From Vitrella brassicaformis CCMP3155 (Eukaryota > Protista > Chromerida), in the NCBI GenBank assembly GCA_001179505.1, contig CDMY01000309.1:62001-126000 (forward strand): a stretch of DNA of 64,000 bases, given 5' to 3'. The notes beneath the pieces were generated by a model. That model did not search any database and was not told the origin of the DNA. It saw nothing but the letters and a program-made list of their open reading frames with translations. Below, piece after piece: positions 49,837 through 64,000 of this stretch. How positions within the stretch are numbered: the first letter of the stretch is position 1; every line of letters begins with the position of its first letter. A program made the translations under genes and the position numbers.

Positions 49837-50363
49837 GATTGATTGATTGATCGATTGTATCCACAGCTTGATGCGATGCAGCAAATTGCCTTCACACACG
49901 CGCACGCCAACGCGACAGTCAGAACAATCAATCACGTACAGACGCATACGAATAAACGACAAACAGACACACCAACAAACAGACAGACCTACAGTGTCCC
50001 ACAACTCGACGACATACACACATACGTACGGCAAATCAATTGCAGTCAGTCATCAGTGCACTCTCTGCATGACTGACTGACTACGGCAGCTGCAGAGCCA
50101 TCGATCATTGATTGATTCATTCCTCAGTCTATGGAATGCATCCATGCATCCCATCCCATCCCATCCCATCCATCACTCCTCCCCCACACGGGACTTGTGC
50201 ACCACCTCCGCACGAATCGCACCGCCAGGCTTCACCTGCACAGCACACGGACAAAGAGAGGTGGATGTGGTCTATGAAGGTGAAGGCGTGTGTGAAGGCC
50301 ATTTGCTGAATCAATCGCATCAAGTCAAGCTGTGCGCGCATACAAGCGATCAATCAATCAATC
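49837..50363. repeat. Imperfect inverted repeat; arms 49837-49901 and 50286-50363
   Basis: gattgattgattgatcgattgtatccacagcttgatgcg..gcaaattgccttcacacacgc matches the reverse complement of 50286-50363 with a few indels. Confidence 0.75.
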
Positions 50364-50435
50364 AACGTCGTCTGGTTGGGTGCCATGCCCCATCACACTA
50401 TCCATCCCATCACAGCCTTCCACCAGTACGGACCA

Positions 50436-51432
50436 CTACCCGCGCGCCCACCCACCCACCTTTGGGTCCACGGGTTTGATTTGCTCCCTCGATATCGAGG
50501 TTGCCGGTTGCTTGGGCATCATGGCGGGCGAGTCGGCTATGACGGAAGGCAGCCGGAAGTTCTTGAGCTGATCGGGAGTGGCCGGCCAGAACTGCAGGAT
50601 CGTCCTGGGGTTTTCGAAGCGAGAGGCCCTAATGGGCAGATTGACGGGCTTGGCCAGGTCCTTGAGCTCGGAGCAGATGCGCTGCGTGCGCTCGATGGCC
50701 TGCTGCGCCGTGCCCCTCTTGCCCCTGAGCAGCTCTATCTCGAGGCGGTGGCCCTTCTTGAGGAAGTCCCGGCACTGGCGCACCTTTCTCTCGTAGTCCT
50801 GCTCGGCGGCCACGCCGCTGATGCGCACCATCTTGACCTTGAGTCCTGGGTCGAATGAGTACTGCCCCTCGAGCGTCTTCTGCTGCCTCTCCTCCTTGCT
50901 GACGATCTTTCTGGCCTTGGTGCGGACCTCCTCCCGGTAGGTCTCGATAGGCACAAGTCGGCAGAGCGGCAGCGGGTCGGCCGAGGCCTTGAAGAGGATA
51001 AGATCGGTGGAGCGGGAGCGGGCCAGCTGGACGCCCACGGTGGACGACATGTCGCCCACGAAGCCCTTGTCGTCGATGACACGGATGTGGTCGTACACCG
51101 GGGGGATCTGCTCATTCATTATCACGTCCGCAGACGCCTGAATCAGCCGACCAGTCAGCCATCACACAGGGCTGCAGTGACATGCACAACTCTGTGTGAC
51201 CCACCTCTGTGTCATCTTCAGCAGTCAACGTTTCTTCAGCTGCACGAGGTCCTGCTGCAATCGAAAACGGCTGGCACTTTATCAAGCAGGGACTCGCTGG
51301 ACGAGCTGGAAGGGACAGATGGAAGTGCCCAGTTCGCTCAGGCGCAGCGGTGCTTCCAGGCGTCGGCGCATGACAACAGAGTGATGCCGCCAGGCGACCT
51401 CGTCGCACCAATGCGCGGAAATGGCTCCACAT
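50436..51432 (-). CDS. Organellar (probably mitochondrial) translation initiation factor IF-3
   Basis: Transit-like MWSHFRALVRRGRLAASL; MNEQIP..HIRVIDDKGFVGDM...DLIL..PLPLCRL (IF3-N) and KVKMVRISGVAAEQDYERKVRQCRDFLKKGHRLEI (IF3-C). One intron. Confidence 0.85.
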
Positions 51433-51764
51433 CAAAAAAGAATGCGAGCCGAAAAAAGCGATCGGTGGACGATATAATGACTCACAGCTGATTTTTCAGG
51501 TATCTATTCCTTCAGCTGCAGGCACGTACACGCGAAGGCTTCGCAGTGGACAACAGGGGAATTGAATACTGCCGAGGCTTGATCCGTGTCTTGCAATGTC
51601 AGACTTGTCGGCAGGAGGTGCACCGGTGCATGGGCAAAATCAGTAAAGGCAGCAACTGGCGGCCATCCACCTACCTCTTGAGCCACTTGACCCTCCATAT
51701 GAACTGCATGTGGGAGTCAAGACAGAGGCCATTCAGGCAAAGAGGCCAACAGCAGCCAAACAAA

Positions 51765-57897
<6,133 letters not shown>

Positions 57898-58008
57898 CAC
57901 GGATGAATGGACCAACCAGATTCGCTACGCGTTCAGACGGGCGGGGAGAGAGGGCCGGGGCGATCGGGGGGCACATCAGGCGCGGCCGCCAGCCCCCCGT
58001 CAGTCGTC

Positions 58009-61000
58009 ATGTCGACGCCATCCACCATCACAGTTCGCCCTCCCGATGTCCGAGGGACTGCTCAACAGTTCAGTGCCGTCCAAGGATCATTCGAGCCGCC
58101 AGGTCAGCTCTTTATCATGCTTTCCGGAAGTGGATCTTGTTTGCCTCATTGCTCGTTGTTTGCTTCGACCAGATGTGCCTGCATCTACCTCAGGTGGGGC
58201 GCACGATTCATGTGAGGCCACATCGGACTCAGCCTCTTTCTCTCACTCTCTCCCCCTCAGGTGCACACACACCCGTCACTCCCAACTTCTTCGAGCAGCC
58301 CGACGCAGAGGTCATTTCGAGAGCCATCGCCACGAGGTCACTACCGGTACTCAACCACGAGCAGCTGCATGACTCTCCCTTTGTTCGCAGGGTATCCTTC
58401 AACCGTCATGGGTTCGTCCATCAGAATGCCGGCAGCGTTTTTCATTACTATGATATCGACAAGGATGCGAAGCTGGGGTGATGGAACATACAGTTCACAG
58501 CATGAGACATGGCCATCCTTCTTTTTGTGTGTGGCAGATCGGGATCGTTTGGTGAGGTCTACATTGCTCGGTCTCGCTTCTCTGATGACCGGATAGCGAT
58601 GAAGAAGATACCGCGGTCGATTGTCACCAATTTGGACAGATTCAACAAGGAAATGAGGATACTCAAAGTGAGCACGAGATCCATCGCGCTGCCGTGAGGA
58701 AGGACCTGTCTGCGCCATGTCTCTGCTTCTTTCCAGGAGCTGGATCATCCCCACATCATTCGTCTGTTTGAGATCTTTTATGATGCGAGACACGTACGTA
58801 AGAATGATGTATGTCTCTGCATGTCTTTGTGTTTGGTCTCATTCGCACTCTGGTCTCTCCCACCGGCTGATTCGTCGCTTCTTTGCAGTATTATCTGTGT
58901 CAGGAGCTGTGTGAGGGCGGAGAGCTCCACTCATGGCTGCACAAAAGTAAGACAAAAAAGCCGAGTCCCATTCAGTCGACACCTAATTCATCGATGGTGC
59001 AGGTGGCGGGTGTGTGAGTGAGGCCCAGTGGGGCCGGTTGCTGCCTCAATTCCTCTCAGCGATCACATACATGCACACAAAAGGTCAGCACCATTCATCA
59101 AAGGCACATGGCCTGACGCCACTCCGCAACAGGGATTTGTCATCGGGATCTCAAGTTCGACAATGTGCTGTTCGTGGCACCTGAACAAGACAATTTCATC
59201 ATCAAAGTCAGTATTGGTCGCATAGAGATCACGAGACGCGTAGGAGAATAATCCCCTGTCTTCTTCAGCTGGTGGATTTCGGTTTTGCCAGTGAGTCTGT
59301 CGACCGGGATGAGGGAAGGAAACTGTCAGCCAAGAGCCGAGACCCGAGCATGCTCCAACTGGTACGCACACATGTAGCTCTCCCAAGCCCACTCGCTTTT
59401 CCGTTCGCTCGCTTGTCTTCGTTGTTGGGCATGCTAGATCACTCCGCTTACAAGCGGACCTGTGAGTCGCTATGCTGCCAAGCCCGATACACTGCCTCTA
59501 CCCCTCAACTTCTACGCAAAGACGTCGGCGCAGCAGCATCAAGACGACACAACAGGCAATCTGAAGAGACTCATGCAAAGGTAAAGCGAGAGCGCCGCAC
59601 AATCGATCGGCACTCGTTTGTGTGGGTCTGTCCAGTCGTGGTCGCGCCGTGACATTCGGCGAGGGGATTGAGTCGGAGCAGGATGAGGCGGACGCTAAGG
59701 AACAGGAGCAGGGTGGGCGGACTATAATGAACACAAGAGCAGAGTCATGGCTAGACAAAATGATGCACTGGCACTTATACAGAGGAGTACTTCGGTCGCT
59801 CCCAGCGCTTCCGTGCGTCGTTGCGCAGCCAGGCGCCCATCACGGGTGGAACATACACGGACATCGAACATCCGGCTCACAGCTGCGCCGCCCCCGAGTA
59901 CCAATTCACGATACAATTCACCGATCGCTGCGACATGTGGAGCCTCGTGAGCCGGCCAAGAAGCAAATGACTACAAGCGGAATGTAGGGGTGTGTGTTTG
60001 CAGGGAGTAATGACGTATGTCGCTCTCAGCGGTCACTATCCATGGGGAAAGGACTTTGATCAGTCGGAGGTCTCCAGGTAAATGAGTGAATGAGTGAGTG
60101 TGTGTGCGTGTCTGCTCATTGTCTCTGCTTTCAGTACGAAGATTCATTGGGATGACTTCCAGCTGACATTCGATGACGACAAGTGGAGCAAGGTGTCCAA
60201 GGAGGCCAAAGACTTCATTCGAGTACATAGAAAGGCACAACACGACAAGAATTGCGCTTTGCTGGTTGCGGGTACGGTACCCAATTGCCTCAGCGCCTCG
60301 TGCAAGTGGATCCCTCACAGCGTCTGTCTGCCCGCGACGCCCTGGACCACCCATACGTGAAGAAATACAAACCAAAACATGACATCAATGCGTATGTGAT
60401 GCAGCCAACAAGAAATTGCTACTACTGTATGCCTGTCTCTTCAGCTTGACCGATGAGATCGTTGCCAGCATCCTGGAATGGCCCTTTCACTCGCAGCTCA
60501 AGAAGGCGGCACTCACCGCCGCAGCCTGCTTCTTAAAGGAGCAAAAGCTGGAGGTGCCAGGAACAGCTTGGCGCCTGTCTGTCTCACAGCAGTGCCTTTC
60601 CTCTGCACCTGTTTATCTCTTGAGTGCAGAAACTCCGTTTGGCATTTCAATCAATCGATCTGGACAACGATGGCTTCATCGAGTTCAAGGAGTTCGAAAA
60701 AGTCAGGCAATAAATCACCAAAACGAAAGCGTCACGTCGATCCATGCCAGCTCGCTTTCAGGTTTTCCGCAAGCGTCTCGACGCCCTGCTGGCTCTTCCT
60801 TCTCGCAAAGGCACCCTCGGAAACCACCTGGAGATATTCGCCGAGGACGTGCAGCAGAACAGCGAGGAGATGAAGGTGAGGCCACACAAACGCCTTCTTA
60901 CTCGTGTATCAGTTCTGATTCCCAATCAGGTGATTTTCCACAGCATTGACACGAATGTGGCGTCGCACATCGAGTTTAAGGTCATCATGACCGAGACACA

Positions 61001-64000
61001 GTGCAATGTTTTCTCGTTAGCGTGCTGCTGCTGTCTTCCAGGAGTTTTCGGCCGCTGCAATGGGCAGCGACCTGGCCACCAATGTCGAGCTGTGCAAGGC
61101 TGCTTTCAGGTGCTTCGACCAGGTAAGGAAGAAGGCGGCGGTGGCGACACGGAAAAGGCGTGTGTCTTTTGTCTCTGACAAGGATGGCGACGGTGTGGTC
61201 AGCCTCGAAGAGCTGAAAGAAGTCACAGAGGGACCAAGACGGTACAACTCCCTTCACCCACGAAACCCGCTCACATTCGTCTTGTGTCTCATCTAATTCC
61301 AGCCGCATTCGCATCAACGCATCCTCCTCACCGTCCAGCCCGCACCACGAGCCGAGCTCACCAGCAGCAAAAAATGTCATGTCACCCCTCAGCAGAACTA
61401 GAAGCTTCATGTCTGCCCCGGGGTCGCCTGAGGCGGAACAACAGCTCCCCTCGTTCCCACCAATGCATCGCGAAAAGCTTAATTTCATGCCTGCGGGACT
61501 GCGGTCGATCCAGAGACACATTGGACCGACCCTGCACGCGGAGACACTCGTCAAAATCGTGAGACCCGGGCAGGCATAGGTGGATTGCTGGTTGGTATTT
61601 TGTGTGGCTGTGCGTGTGCACGCGTACGTGAATGCAGGCTTTGGGAGATGATGATGACGAGCTTGAGTATGAGGATTTTGTCAATCTGATATCGGAGAAG
61701 GTCATGCTGCGGTGTTACTATGAGGTGGGGCACGGACGGGCCTCGTACCTCTTTGCACACGAAGGTAAGCAAACAAATCGCACGAGCCGGCTGCATAGCC
61801 TCTATTACACTGTCAGGCAACGCTTATGTTTTAGACCCCGAATGGAACATCTGGCAATACGTCAGAGACCTTCAGGTCAGGCACACTAAGCGAGATGGGG
61901 CAATGAGCCTTCCACAGGAGATAAGCCTTATACGATCTCACTGGTTCTCTTCTCACGTTAGCATTTCAACCTGTCCCTGAAGGGCATTCTGCTGACACAC
62001 ATGCCCCTCGACAGTCTATCAGGTGCGTGAGTGATTCGGCAGCAACCCTTCCTGTGTGAATGACTATCCTCGTCCCTCTATTCAGGGCACTACGAGTTGA
62101 GCCACGTGACGGGCTGTCCAGTGTATTTCAGCAGAGAGGAGGAACTCCTCCAGGGAACGGCGCCACCAAAAAGGGAGACTTGTGTCTCAAACAATGCCAT
62201 ATACAAGTGAGCAGCAGACGATACACGACAGGTCTCTGTTCAATGCAGGTGTCCCCTTCTTTCAGGATATCTAGTCGGTTTGTGTGGCGGGTTCTCGAGA
62301 CGCCCGGCCACACACCGGGGGCACTCACGTGGCTGCTTTGCAGGAACAAGGGGAAGGAGGTAAGCAGAGGGGAGGAGGCATCACTTCTGTCATTCGTGTG
62401 CCTGTGCATGATAGGCCGGCACTCCATTAATCGGCTTCACGGGAGCCACTCTACTCAACGGAGCCGTCGGTCGCACTGACGTCGGCGAATCGCTCCTCAA
62501 CAAGTGGGCTTGAGACACACAGGGAGAAGCGCGGTAATGAACACTGTGCTTCTGCTCTCAGGCCTTCCAGCAAGAAGGGGAAGCGTAGCCTGGTTGAGAG
62601 CCTGTTTGAGTCCCTGCAGCAGCTCGATACTCTCTTGCCCGCGTCAATCGATATTTACCCCGCCTATGGCCCAGGCAGCCCCGTCGCCATACCCGAAAGC
62701 TTCTGCCTTGATCTCAGGACAACGGTGTGTGAGCACACGCACATACAGGTCCCGCGACCAAGCAGCCTCTCGCCTCGCGTGCTCCTTGTGTGTGCTTAGC
62801 TGGCAGAGCAGCGTCAGCAGAATGAGTTCTTCAGGGCAAAGAACAAGGAAGCCTTCACTGAGCTGATGGACAGGCTGCTAAAGCAGGAGATATCTGTCGG
62901 GCGTACACGACTCTGCTGGGATGAGGTGAACGCACAACAGACCACAGGAGAGGAACGGAGAGACACCTGTGGGCGGTGGCTGCTTTTCTCAGGTGGTTCG
63001 CGAGAACAGCATCAAGTGGGATGAGCGCAAGAAGATCCTCCCAGCGCCACCAGCCTCAATCGAGGAGTACCACCCAGCAGTTCTCACACAGCGTTTTGGC
63101 GGCGCCTTGCCCTTCAAGGCTTTTCTCCAAAGGCTGATCAGCCTTGAAAGCAAACATGGCCGGGACTCCCTGATCATCATCGACGGCAGAGACTGCGACA
63201 AATTCGCACAGTAAGGGTTGCTTGTACGTCATCGCGTCGTTTTTTCCACAACAAGTGCCTGTATGTCGATGCCTTACTGGTTTCAGGTGCCATCTGCAAG
63301 GTTCTTTGAATGTCCCTGTGCACACCTCAAGTCCGGTCGAGGACTTTTGGGGCATCTGGATCGTCTCCATGATCAAGACCCTCAACGCGCCGCCGCCCAC
63401 ACGGGACAGCAGCTCCCAGAAGGCACCCAAATCGGGCACGTCGTCTGCTCGCGGCAGTTCGACGCCATCTCCATCGCTGAGCAAGACGCCTTTTCCGTCT
63501 GTGAGCAACACGTCACTACCAAGTGATGGGGCGGGGGCCACGCGAGACAAGGAAAAGCTGTTGGTGGTCGCGCCGTCAGAGCAACTAGAGGAAATGCTCA
63601 TGTGAGAAGACGATGGACAGGGTAGCATCACACCAATGGTGCGAACTCCTTCATGTCCGGCCTTTTGCAGGCGCCTGGCTCAGATGGGATTGGGGGATAG
63701 GATAGTCGCTGCCACGGGATGCGACCTGGAGATCGCCGCGGACAATAAAATGTACCCGCGAAGGTAGCCAAGACGCAGAGGCAAAGCTGTCGATTCACGA
63801 TTCTCACTGCCCTTTGTTTAGTTCGTACGACTTGTTGGAGATTCCAACTGAGTCGACATTTTTCCCGTCAGGCAGCGAAGACGGGGACGATCAGGCGGAC
63901 GGAGGAGGTATGGCACTACGACTTGGGTTGTGGTGGAAGCCTTGTCCACAGGAGTGGCGTGTCTGTGTGGCAGAGGCGCCATGGCTGTACCAGAAGGACA
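58009..64000 (+). CDS. CDPK (kinase plus EF hands) fused to a degenerate MBL-fold/persulfide-dioxygenase-like domain and rhodanese; continues past the window
   Basis: LGSGSFGEVY, IAMKK, HRDLKFDN, DFG, APE, DMWSLG; EF hands DLDNDGFIEFKE and DQDGDGVVSLEE. Then in frame ASYLF..GNAYVLDP, LLTHMPLDSLSG, TPGHT, FTGATLLNGAVGRTD, IYPAYGPGS and IIDGRDCDKFAQCHLQGSLNVP. Every junction I checked is phase-consistent. Confidence 0.85.

Overview
Intron-rich, GC-rich eukaryotic genomic DNA. Short GT-AG introns rich in CA/TG repeats, an apicomplexan-type two-domain PFK and a CDPK point to a chromerid alga such as Vitrella (inference). Spliced genes reconstructed by hand: TBC Rab-GAP, QRT3-like polygalacturonase with an in-frame TAG, TrmB-like methyltransferase, SELENOS-like selenoprotein (UGA plus a type II SECIS), SLC34 Na/Pi cotransporter, ARM-TM-RING protein, coiled-coil protein, CDF/ZnT zinc transporter, RtcB, secreted YbhB/YbcL-type PEBP, organellar IF3 and PFK. 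A gene of more than 25 exons, running off the right edge, fuses a calcium-dependent protein kinase in frame to a degenerate metallo-beta-lactamase (persulfide-dioxygenase-like) domain and a rhodanese domain; this is the most unusual system here. The window also holds three damaged paralogues of one expanded family, a 5'-truncated CRE-like non-LTR retrotransposon, a local duplication carrying a hairpin-rich element, and three 300-N gaps. All gene models rest on manual splice-phase checks; no database searches or folding programs were run.
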